A stretch of DNA of 63,483 bases, filler included, from Octopus bimaculoides (Eukaryota): the NCBI RefSeq assembly GCF_001194135.2. It is 4 parts of 4 records of this genome, joined end to end, with 100 filler letters (N's around TTAATTAATTAA, not from the genome) between each part and the next. Parts side by side here need not be neighbours in the genome. Positions count along the whole stretch, not along the records: positions 48,315 to 55,261 come from NC_069004.1; positions 55,362 to 63,483 come from NC_069003.1; 2 more parts are not named here. The stretch is one strand, 5' to 3'. The notes beneath the pieces were generated by a model. The model had not been told where the DNA came from. It made no database searches and worked only from the letters and a program-made list of their open reading frames with translations. Shown piece after piece: positions 53,611 to 63,483 of this stretch (position 1 is its first letter; each line of letters starts with the position of its first letter). A program made the translations under genes and the position numbers.

Positions 53611-54144
53611 ACGCCTCAACTAAGGTTTAAGGATAGCCTTTAAAATGTTCCAGTACAGACAGGAATTGCAGCTGGTAATTGGGAGAGGGAGGCACAAGAC
53701 CGTGATGGATGGAGGAAGAGAGTGCATGATGGCTGTCCAAGGTTTGAGAGGGAGAGAGTGAAGCATGAGAGAATTAGGAGGAGGATTAGAAGGGGGGAAC
53801 CTGTGGAAAGTGAGAGAGTGTTGCTTTTTATGTGTGTGGTTTGTGGTCGGAGGTGTTTGAGTCGTGCAGGCCTGGTTAACCATCAAAATTCTCACAGAAA
53901 TCGACCTATGATAAACAATGATGTGGCTACTAAAATTTACAACAGAACATGTGTAAAATGTGGAAGGGTGTGCCTCGCAGTTGGAGGTCTAAAACGACAT
54001 GTTAAGAGAGTGCATATGGTGGCACCTATTTCTCCTGCCAGCCAGTACAGTTGTCTAGTATGTAATAGAATGTGTAAAAGCTTGGCCGGGCTTAAAAGTC
54101 ATATAAGGGCATCACATGGCAACAGTCATGAATCATTTCAGTAA
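53611..54144 (+). mobile_element. RTE LINE ORF2 C-terminal fragment with three tandem C2H2 zinc fingers
   Basis: PQLRFKDSL*..GNWEREAQDRDGWRKRVHDG..ERVKHERIRRRIR (RTE C-terminus), then CVVCGRRCLSRAGLVNHQNSH, CVKCGRVCLAVGGLKRHVKRVH, CLVCNRMCKSLAGLKSHIRASH; stop at 54142-54144. Confidence 0.85.
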
Positions 54145-54220
54145 GTCTTCTTGGCAATGGCTTTTCTCATGTAATGAGGATGCAGTTGTGATATATATAT
54201 ATATGTACATATACATACAT

Positions 54221-54648
54221 AGGCGCAGAAGTGGCTGTGTGATAAGTAGCTTGCTTACCAACCATATGGTTCCGGGTTCAGTCCCACTGAGTGGCACCTT
54301 GGGCAAGTGTCTTCTACTATAGCCTCGGGCCGACCAAAGCCTTGTGAGTGGATTTGGTAGACGGAAACTGAAAGAAACCCGTCGTATATATGTATATATG
54401 TGTGTATGTAGATGTGTGTGTGTGTGTGTGTGTGTGTTTGTGTGTCTGTGTTTATCCCCAACAGCGCTTGAAAACCGATGCTAGTTTGTTTACGTCCCCG
54501 TAACTTAGCGATTCGGCAAAAGAGACCGATAGAATAACTACTAGGCTTACAAAGAATAAGTCCTGGGGTTGATTTCTTTGGCCAAAGGCGGTGCTCCAGC
54601 ATGGCCGCAGTCAAATGACTGAAACAAGTAAAAGAGAGTAAAGAGTAA
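54221..54648 (+). mobile_element. Full-length family-A SINE
   Basis: AGGCGCAGAAGTGGCTGTGTG..GAAACAAGTAAAAGAGAGTAAAGAG. Confidence 0.92.
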
Positions 54649-54651
54649 GGT

Positions 54652-54710
<59 letters not shown>

Positions 54711-55197
54711 NNNNNNNNNNNNNNNNNNNNNNNNNNNNNNNNNNNNNNNNNNNNNNNNNNNNNNNNNNNNNNNNNNNNNNNNNNNNNNNNNNNNNNNNNN
54801 NNNNNNNNNNNNNNNNNNNNNNNNNNNNNNNNNNNNNNNNNNNNNNNNNNNNNNNNNNNNNNNNNNNNNNNNNNNNNNNNNNNNNNNNNNNNNNNNNNNN
54901 NNNNNNNATATATATTCATGTATATATAGGTATGTTTGTATGTATGTATATGTGTATGTATGAGGGTATACCAGTATATACGTATATGCATCTATATATA
55001 TTATATTATATTATATATCTGCATACATACATGCAAACGAGTATCCAAATATATTTCACATACATGCACATATAAATATGCACACACACGTGCGCGTGCA
55101 CACAAACATGCATACATACATACATGCATATAAACACACACATACACACAAATAATACATACATAAGTATACATTGCATGTGTAGTGCGTAAGTGTA

Positions 55198-55261
<64 letters not shown>

Positions 55262-55361
55262 NNNNNNNNNNNNNNNNNNNNNNNNNNNNNNNNNNNNNNN
55301 NNNNNTTAATTAATTAANNNNNNNNNNNNNNNNNNNNNNNNNNNNNNNNNNNNNNNNNNNN

Positions 55362-55520
55362 CTATTGATCGCTTTTTTTTTTTCTCGATCCCTTTTGATC
55401 GACACACCCCTACTTTTTTTTCCTTCCCCCTCCCAAAAAGAAAAGCTCTACATTGTATTTGTCCCATCTTTGTTGAGCCTTGTGTGGCTAATAAAAGAAA
55501 TGTATCTATCTTTCTATCTC
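55362..55520 (+). mobile_element. (ATCT)n-tailed retroelement 3' end
   Basis: Reverse complement of 18690-18870; GGCTAATAAAAGAAATGTATCTATC. Confidence 0.75.
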
Positions 55521-55984
55521 TCTATCTAGCTATCTCTTTCACACATACACAATCTCTCTCTTACACACACACAACACATACACTGTCTATCTATCTATCT
55601 ATCTTTTACACATACACAATCTATCTCTCTCTGTCACACACACACACACACACCACACATCGGACAGGAACGAATTTGCTAAGTGGCTGTCACGCTATCC
55701 CCACTACACCAAATCTGGCCACTCACAAAACCCTGGCCGGCCGACCAACCAGAAAGCATACCAGACGACACCTTGGCAAAGCGCCGTGCAGTAGGATTGA
55801 ACTCAAAACCACGCAGTTTGCTAGGCTTCAAAGCGTTAAGATTACCGTACCGTAGAATGAAAGAATGACAAGAATGTCAGTATTCGTTTATTCATTCATT
55901 CATTTATTTATTTATTATCTTTCAAGAATGTTGTTGCGGTGTTGTTTGGCCTCAAGTCAATTTTGATCGAGAAGACCTTTCTTT

Positions 55985-56420
55985 TATCTTCTATCTTTCC
56001 CTTGTTTCAGTCATTTGACTGCGGCCATGCTGGAGCACCGCTTTGAAGAGTTAATTCGGACAAATCGCCCCCTGGTACTTATTTATTATTAAGCCTGGTA
56101 ACTGGCAATCCTTCGGTATTTGTACACGACGTCATTCACCCACACGACCTTTTCCTTCGTGACATGACGTCGTTTTCTCATACCGACACTCCAGAGACCA
56201 ATACCGAAGAACCGCCCATAGCATTTATTCAATGGTCTATTTTGCCGAACCGCGAAAAGAAGGAGAGGTAAACAAACCAACATCGGTTGTTAACACACAC
56301 ACTCATACACACGACGGGCTTCTTCCAATTTCTGTCTACGAAATCCACTCACAAGGAATCGGTCAACCAGGGCCCACGAAACCATGTTTGGGGAGCAGAT
56401 TTCTGAGCATACAGCCATGT
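55985..56420 (-). mobile_element. Family-A SINE interrupted by a ~120-bp insertion at 56101-56224
   Basis: The usual AAGCCTGGTA-CTTATTCTATCGGTCTCTTTTGCCGAAC is split by foreign sequence. Confidence 0.75.
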
Positions 56421-56689
56421 CTTCACCTACAATTAATCAAAGGCTTTTCACACACGTAACTGTCTCATCTTCTGTTAGGTATATCTACTAAGACTAACAT
56501 ATCCATTGTTTCCTTCCCTTTTTAAAGACAGTAAAGGGATATTTGAGAGAGAGAGAGAGATTTGGCTGTGGTTTCTAGTGAGTCGAACTACCACATAGGT
56601 GGGGGTTTTCCTCCGTTGACTCGTCGTAAAGGAATGTCGGAGCTGACGAAAACTTTTAATCGTATTACGAACATCGATTTAATCAAGGC

Positions 56690-57030
56690 GTGTGTGTGTG
56701 CGCGCGCGTAATGTCAGATATCGAGGGCGAGGCGGGGGGAAGAAGAGAGAGAGAGACACACACACAGGGAGAGAGAGAAAGAGACAGACACACACACAGA
56801 CAGAGACACGGAGTGAGAGAGAGAGACACACACACACATACAGGGAGAGAGATAAAGAGACAGACAGAGACACGGAGTGAGAGAGAGAGACACACACATA
56901 CAGGGGAGAGAGAAAGAGACAGACACACACAGACAGAGGCACGCAGTGAGAGAGAGAGAGAGAGAGGGAGAGAGAGACAAGAGAAATGAGAGAAAGCAAG
57001 AAAGAACACAAACCTATAAGAGAGAGAGGG
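56690..57030. repeat. GA/CA-rich compound minisatellite
   Basis: Repeating GAGAGAGACACACACACA..CAGGGAGAGAG..GACAGAGACACGGAGT units. Confidence 0.85.
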
Positions 57031-57599
57031 GAATAGCAGAATAATCAGTCGAACGTTAGTTTAGTTTTTTTTTTTCGACTGCTTGTTCGCATCGCATGAA
57101 TGAATGAATGAGGAATACTGGAATAGTTAACACTGTAGTGAACATGAATGGACGAATAAAAAAATATATGAGAAGCATGTTATATAAATAAATCAATGAG
57201 CGAGTAAAATGAATGAGGAAAGAAAAAGGAAGAAGAATAGAAAGACAACCGTAAATGCCTCATATAATGTGTAATAAGCTTATTATTTCTCGGAAAGAAG
57301 TGGAAATATATTTTATATTCTCAATATGTGTGTTTTTTTCTTCTTTCGTTCTTTTCCTCTCGTATCTTTCGTTGTTGCTTTCCATTTTGATTCAATATAT
57401 TTCATTCGTTTATTAGTCATTCTTTTATTCCGCTTCTTTTATTATTCCATTCTTCGCTGGTTATTTTGTTTATTCTTTCATACTTCGTTGACGGTTCTTT
57501 CTTTCTTTCTTTCTAGTTGTTTTGGTTTTGTTTATTTTATTTTCTACTTTTTTCACGCTTGCCTCTCGTTCTTCGTTTTGGAAACATTCGACTTCGTAG

Positions 57600-57748
57600 T
57601 GAAAGCGTGGGGTTTAGCACTTAGGATATTCGGCTCACGATCGTAAAGTCGTGAGTTCGATTCCCAGCGGCGTGTGGTGTCCTTGAGCAAGAATATTTTA
57701 TTTTACGTTACTTTAGTCCATTCAACTGATAAAAATGAGTAGTACCTT
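57600..57748 (+). mobile_element. Family-C SINE 5' portion
   Basis: GGCTCACGATCGTAAAGTCGTGAGTTCGATTCCC B-box, GTGTCCTTGAGCAAG, AAAAATGAGTAGTACC. Confidence 0.8.
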
Positions 57749-57845
57749 TTTGTAAAATTCTTTTGTAAATTTTTTTTTTTTTTCTAAATATGCAGAAAAA
57801 TACGAACATTATGATTCGGACAAAAATTTCAAAACATTTCTGTAG

Positions 57846-57920
57846 TTAGGGTTAGGGTTTTAGGGTTAGGGTTTTAGGGTTAGGGTTTTAGGGTTAGGAT
57901 TTTAGGGTTAGTGTTAGTGT
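57846..57920 (+). repeat. Interstitial telomere-like array, (TTAGGG TTTTAGGG)n 14-bp unit; repeated at 58108-58175
   Basis: TTAGGGTTAGGGTTTTAGGGTTAGGGTTTTAGGGTTAGGGTTTTAGGGTTAGGATTTTAGGGTTAGTGTTAGTG. Confidence 0.9.
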
Positions 57921-58303
57921 TGGGGAAAAAAGACAAAATTGAAGAATTTGGCGGGGAAAAAGGCACTGTCGTGGTATTAGCTGTCAGAAGTGAAAGTAGA
58001 AAAATCTGACAAGGAACGTTACTGCTGGTTTGAGTTGATGCTTTGGCTACTGACTGGCCGGAGCTATCTATCTGTCTGCCTGCCTGACTGGCCGGAGNNN
58101 NNNNNNNAGGGTTTTAGGGTTAGGGTTTTAGGGTTAGGGTTTTAGGGTTAGGATTTTAGGGTTAGTGTTAGTGTTGGGGAAAAAAGACAAAATTGAAGAA
58201 TTTGGCGGGGAAAAAGGCACTGTCGTGGTATTAGCTGTCAGAAGTGAAAGTAGAAAAATCTGACAAGGAACGTTACTGCTGGTTTGAGTTGATGCTTTGG
58301 CTA

Positions 58304-59518
58304 CTGACTGGCCGGAGCTATCTATCTGTCTGCCTGCCTGACTGGCCGGAGCTATCTATCTGTCTGTCTGTCTGTCTCTCTCTCTATCTATCCCTCGTCC
58401 ACCTTCGTTTGTGTCCGTACAATTTATCAAATTAGAAAACGCAAATTCAATATAAAAATATATTTTCTGAAATTGCAAATTATTTAAAATAGAAAAATAG
58501 AAAAATATAATTTTCAACAGAGAGAATTTATCAAAATAGAAAACAAATGAAGTTGGAGTTAAGTTTTAAAATAAATGTGATACTTATGCTCTGTAGATAC
58601 TAAGGTCAGACCCTTTAGTTTGACCGATACTTATACTCTGGAATGTTTCAACCGCATGGTTATAGGTGTCGAATTTGTTCCAATAACTTTCCGAAGATTT
58701 CATCCTTAAATTCATAATGCCACATGAATTCAATGAGATGAGACTGAAGTAAATTTCGGGCTGTTCCATTTTCTCTCTTGTTGCGATTCTTTACATGCTT
58801 CCATAAACATTCTATGTGATTGGTTGTGACAAAATGTTACCGGATCAACAAAATTTATGGAATGATTTACAGTCAAATGTCTATATCCTAGCTGATTGAG
58901 CGTATTATATGAACGCCAGAGGTCAGAAATTATAGTCGTACCAGGCAATATACGCTCTTGTATAATTTCTAAAAGTGTCTCTGCAGACCGGTCTTCCACT
59001 GCCACCAAAAAACATCTTGTATCCCTTTCCAAAGCACCAAACACCCACTGCGTTTTAACCCGATGGCCAACATTGTATTTTCTTCTGACAAACACACTTT
59101 CATCTATCTCCACAATTCGGTTTGGTCCTCCTAGCTTAATGTTTTGTGCAACATAATATTCTGCACATACATCACGGCAAAAATGTCTCCAATCTGTGAA
59201 GGCTACATTCACTATACGACATTCTTGGGGCAGAAGTCATAGTGAAAATCCGAAAGTGAAAAACCTTCAACTAATTTTTTTCACACGTGTTGATTTCAAA
59301 GTGAACAACTTTGAATTACGCGTGGTGGTGGTGGTGGTGGTCATTGGTGGGGCTGATGGGTGTATGTGATTTGTTTTTAAAAATAATAATGAATAATGCA
59401 AAAATATATTTATTTATAAAGTTTATATTGAACATGGAATGAAATATATTTATTTATAAACTTTAAACTGAACTTCATTTGTTTAAATTCTACGGAAACA
59501 AGCGAAGGTGGACGAGTA

Positions 59519-59555
<37 letters not shown>

Positions 59556-59672
59556 CAGACAGAAAGATAGATAGCTCCAGCCAGTCAGGCAGGCAGACAG
59601 ACAGACAGACAGATAGATAGCTCAGACCAGTCAGGCAGGCAGACAGACAGATAGATAGCTCTGGCCAGTCAG
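58304..59672. repeat. Inverted repeats flanking the Merlin transposase (58304-~58432 and ~59475-59672)
   Basis: Left CTGACTGGCCGGAGCT(ATCT/GTCT)n..CTCGTCCACCTTCGTTTGTGTCCGTACAATTT; right AAATTCTACGGAAACAAGCGAAGGTGGACGAG..(AGAT/AGAC)n AGCTC(C/T)(A/G)GCCAGTCAG. Confidence 0.85.
58660..59212 (-). mobile_element. Merlin / IS1016-IS1595 (ISXO2-like) DDE transposase core, 5'-incomplete, one frameshift
   Basis: TDWRHFCRDVC..KLGGPNRIVEIDES..RRKYNVGH..QWVFGALER..FLVAVEDRSAETLLEIIQERILPGTTIISDLWRSY..YRHLTVNHSINFVDPVT. Removing one base from the A4 run at 58831-58834 continues TNHIECLWKHVK..LLQSHLIEFMWH..IFGKLLEQIRHL* (stop 58660-58662). Confidence 0.93.
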
Positions 59673-60044
59673 GCAGACAGACAGACAGACACACACATTC
59701 AAGGCAGTGCCCCAGCATGGCTGCAGTCTAATAACTGGAACAAGTAAAAGATATATACAGAGTTAGCCAAAAGTCACAAGACAGTAAATAAAAATTCCAT
59801 AAATACTTAGTATTCAATTTTATTTATTCATTCCAATTATAAATGTTTATTAATTGAATGCTGTGAGTTAAAGTCACCGGTTTCTCTCTCTCTCTCTCTC
59901 TCTTTTCAACATTTATCTATTCATAAGCAAAATCTCATATAAAAATAATGTTTTGTATTAATCTTGTAATTAAATGGGTTTTAATTTACTCCCAAGTGAC
60001 TTTTGGCTAACCCTGTATATATAGTTGATATATATACATATTAT

Positions 60045-60128
<84 letters not shown>

Positions 60129-60749
60129 NNNNNNNNNNNNNNNNNNNNNNNNNNNNNNNNNNNNNNNNNNNNNNNNNNNNNNNNNNNNNNNNNNNNNNNN
60201 NNNNNNNNNNNNNNNNNNNNNNNNNNNNNNNNNNNNNNNNNNNNNNNNNNNNNNNNNNNNNNNNNNNNNNNNNNNNNNNNNNNNNNNNNNNNNNNNNNNN
60301 NNNNNNNNNNNNNNNNNNNNNNNNNNNNNNNNNNNNNNNNNNNNNNNNNNNNNNNNNNNNNNNNNNNNNNNNNNNNNNNNNNNNNNNNNNNNNNNNNNNN
60401 NNNNNNNNNNNNNNNNNNNNNNNNNNNNNNNNNNNNNNNNNNNNNNNNNNNNNNNNNNNNNNNNNNNNNNNNNNNNNNNNNNNNNNNNTATATATGTAAC
60501 AAGGATTCAGATAAAATCAGGTACTTGAAAAGATATGCACCAGGTAGGGTAGGATAAACCTGTGGTTCTGGCCTATGGATGGTAAGTATCAAATAGGATA
60601 TTCCGGTTGTGTACACAGAGAAACCAACCCTATGAGTATTTAGCGCCGAGGAGCTGGTCCAAAACACATGTTATGTTGAATTGTACGTTGTTGATATACT
60701 CTAGGGTGTCTGACAAGTCGTAAATCTCCTTGCTGTATTATAATCAAAT

Positions 60750-62280
60750 GAATAATAACAGACGATGGATAATTGTCAGCTCATTACAGCTGTTTCTAAT
60801 GCATCTTATTAAAAGAAGAATGAGATCATTAGCTCCATTACAAAAAACCGTAATCATCAGATGAAATGTAATTTTACAAACAAAAGAATATCCCAAAAAT
60901 ACAGCAGGGACATGGCTGAAGTCTGTTGTGGCCAACTATAAAATGGAACAATGACCGACAAAGTTGGCCTTTGACGGTTAAGAATATAGTTTGTGAAAGG
61001 GTGTGATATGATATTTAAGGTTAGCGACTCGGATGGGATAGGCCTCTGCTAGACTGGTTCTTAGGTAGTTTGCAGTGGGGTGTTAACGATATTTCATTAT
61101 AGTAGGCTTAGAGAAGTTAGTAGCTTGGAGAGGACCTAAGATAAATTAAGGATAAAAATAAAGGAAGCAAAAAGTAAAAAGGAAGAAAAATAAATGCATA
61201 CAAGTCAATTAGGCACAGCGGCAGGGTTTAGGACTCGTTAACTAAAGCTAAAGGACAAAGGGAGGATGGTAAAGATACAGAGAGTTTAGAGGTTCTGTGG
61301 ATACAGGTTGAAAGTTGGGGGAGGGTATGAAGGCAATCGAATAATAAGATCTCACTTTTAAGGAATTGTAGTGTTAAGCGTGAATGATTTATCTGGTAGA
61401 GTGGGAAGATGTAAGTTGTTGTTTGAGATACGAATATGTATATGGGTTATTGGGGACCACTTGTAATATTACGACATGTTTGCCAAGAGGAAAAAAACCT
61501 GGTACTAATAGTAGAGTACTACTTATCATTAAGGAGTTCAAAGAAAGAGGGTTTTTATAATAAGCTACACCTAGTGTGGAGTTAGAGGAAATACCAAATC
61601 GGATATCAAAGAAAGCCAGTAGTAGGGAGTAGTCTAATGATAAACAATTTGGAATGTTATACAGGTGGTGTTGATATTATTTAATTAGATAGTATAATCA
61701 CCACTGTGTGAAGCAATTAATGCAACTCCACACAGTTGCCGTAGGTAAGAGGTTTGGATAGTGTGTTCCATCTATTATTTAATGAGTGCAGCACAAATAA
61801 TTGTATCTTGGTGTAAGGATTACTTACTTGGTGGAAATGGTAAAGAAACGGTTAGGGCATGCAGGCTGCTACTTCTAGGTTAGATATCTTTGCTATTAAT
61901 ATTGCATAGAATGATTAGGTCCCTCAATATAGCATATCATGCAAGTATAGTAAGAGCAGTTAGGAAGTAATGGTAAAGAAGAACGAGACTAGAAGGACTC
62001 AAAACAATTAAGCAGATCAATCGACTTTTGGGTCAACAATATAGGGGATAAATTAGATTGGCCCTAGGTTAGGAGCTATTATAGAGGTTGTTTAATGTCC
62101 TTAAAATATTTAAAGGTACGGGTAGCCTTATGTACACAGGAAAGATGACGGTCCAGTTCATTATTTATTACATGAAACTGCTCTTGGACAGTTCCATTTC
62201 AGATGATTGTAACAACAGTGAAAACAATATCAATGTTAATTTACTGATGCATTTGGGCAAGTTAATGTCAGTAATATCAG
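60750..62280 (-). mobile_element. Highly decayed LINE, possibly RNase H-bearing
   Basis: Fragmentary minus-strand peptides KATRTFKYF, IPYIVDPKVD, IDGTH..GVALIAS, DYSLLLAF, FIVGHNRL, PCCIF..HF; many stops and frameshifts. Confidence 0.35.
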
Positions 62281-62303
62281 ACAGTTGCAAAAAAATATTT
62301 AAA

Positions 62304-62589
62304 AAGGTGATCTTTCGGTACTAGATCCCATAACTTCCGGTCGTTGTGCGCACACATACTGATTAAATTATCGTATAGAGTGTTTATGTTTTTAAATGAC
62401 TTGAAAATATGAAAAGACAACATTAAATAGAAAAAAAAAAATGAATGGCCCACTAAACTCAAACCTTCTCCCCTCAGATTCATACAGTTGTCAAGCTTTA
62501 AACACACAAACACACTATACGATAATGTAATCATTATGCGTGGGCACAATGACCAGAAATTATGGGATCTAGTACCGAAAGATTACCTT
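62304..62589. mobile_element. MITE with ~100-bp TIRs in a TTAA-like context
   Basis: AAGGTGATCTTTCGGTACTAGATCCCATAA..ATTATCGTATAG mirrored by CTATACGATAAT..TTATGGGATCTAGTACCGAAAGATTACCTT. Confidence 0.85.
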
Positions 62590-62679
62590 AAAAAAAAAAC
62601 TTCAAAACTCTGCAGAAATCTGGTACAAATTCTTCATGGTTCAAAACGTTACTTACTTTTTACTCAACCGGATACATAA

Positions 62680-62905
62680 ATGTGTGTGCGGGGTTGTGTC
62701 CTCCACTGCTTGACTATCGGGATTGGTGTGCTTATGTTCCCGTTACATAGCGGTTCGGCAAGAGGCCGATGGACGATAAGTGCCAGGCTAAAAAAAAAAA
62801 AAAACCCATAAAAGTACTGGGATCGATTCATTCGATTTAAAAGTTCTGCAATGTAGTGCCCCAGCATGGTCGCAGTTTTATGACTGAAGCAATCAGAAGA
62901 TAAAG
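62680..62905 (+). mobile_element. Family-A-like SINE 3' half
   Basis: GCTTGAC..TTACATAGCGGTTCGGCAAGAG..GTGCCCCAGCATGGTCGCAG..GATAAAG. Confidence 0.7.
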
Positions 62906-63449
62906 CTATTTTCAAGGACCACCGAGTTATCGAACTTTATTCTGTGGCCGAGGCTCCAAGGGAGACAACTGCACATTATTATAGTTTTAATCCTAAAACA
63001 ACGTTAATCCGTTTCGTTTCTGCATCAAGACAGAGGAAGAGAAATAGAAAGAAAAAGTCAATGAGTGAGAGAGTGAATAAGAGGTGTGGATAAATAATTT
63101 GACAAAGAAAGATAGTGAGTGAGTGAGAGAACGAGAGATATGGATAGATAGAGAGAAAGACATATAGACAGACAGGCACAGTGAATGAGAGATATGGTTA
63201 GGGAGAGAGTGAGAGAGAGAGAAAGAGAGTGAGAGAGAGAGAGAGAAAGAAAGAGAGTGAGAGAGAGAGAAAAAGAAAGAGAGAGAGAGAGAGAGTAATC
63301 AATCTTACCATCTCTTTCTCTTTTTCAGTATGCCTTAACGTAACGCATCTTTCAAGCGAATGAGTCATGCAAGAGTTCTCTCCCTTACTGAAAGTTTTAT
63401 AAATTGACGCTTGGAGTTTGAATTCCTATTGCTAACACACGCACGCACG

Positions 63450-63483
<34 letters not shown>

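Noticed and set aside
57858-58337. ~240-bp direct duplication including the telomere-like array
   Set aside because: The copies are near-identical and separated by a 10-N gap, typical of unmerged overlapping contigs. The same pattern occurs at 14971-15082 and 32887-32896.

Overview
AT-rich, repeat-saturated animal genomic DNA from a gapped draft assembly. The tRNA-derived SINE families and the TE mix look like a coleoid cephalopod, probably Octopus; this is inferred from sequence appearance, with no database search. I recognise no host protein-coding gene. Almost all ORFs in the track (IYIY, HTHT, CVCV, poly-X) are microsatellite or gap artefacts. Supported content: copies of 3-4 SINE families; LINE remnants (RTE x4, R4/Dong-type restriction-like-endonuclease (RLE) LINEs x4, CR1-like x1, one probable RNase H LINE); DNA transposon remnants (mariner x2 plus a MITE, Tigger/pogo, hAT-like MITE, TTAA-type MITE); and a Merlin/IS1595-family transposase core with a single frameshift. 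Best leads: (1) the Merlin transposase bracketed by inverted repeats built from microsatellite plus a 14-mer, next to a composite TTAGGG/TTTTAGGG telomere-like array; (2) a 344-bp palindrome carrying the same two splice-flanked micro-exon cassettes on both strands; (3) an RTE 3' end with three intact tandem C2H2 fingers; (4) retroelements that each end in their own microsatellite type. None of these is demonstrated to be a new system; all need the checks listed. Coordinates of degenerate repeats are approximate to about 10-30 bp.
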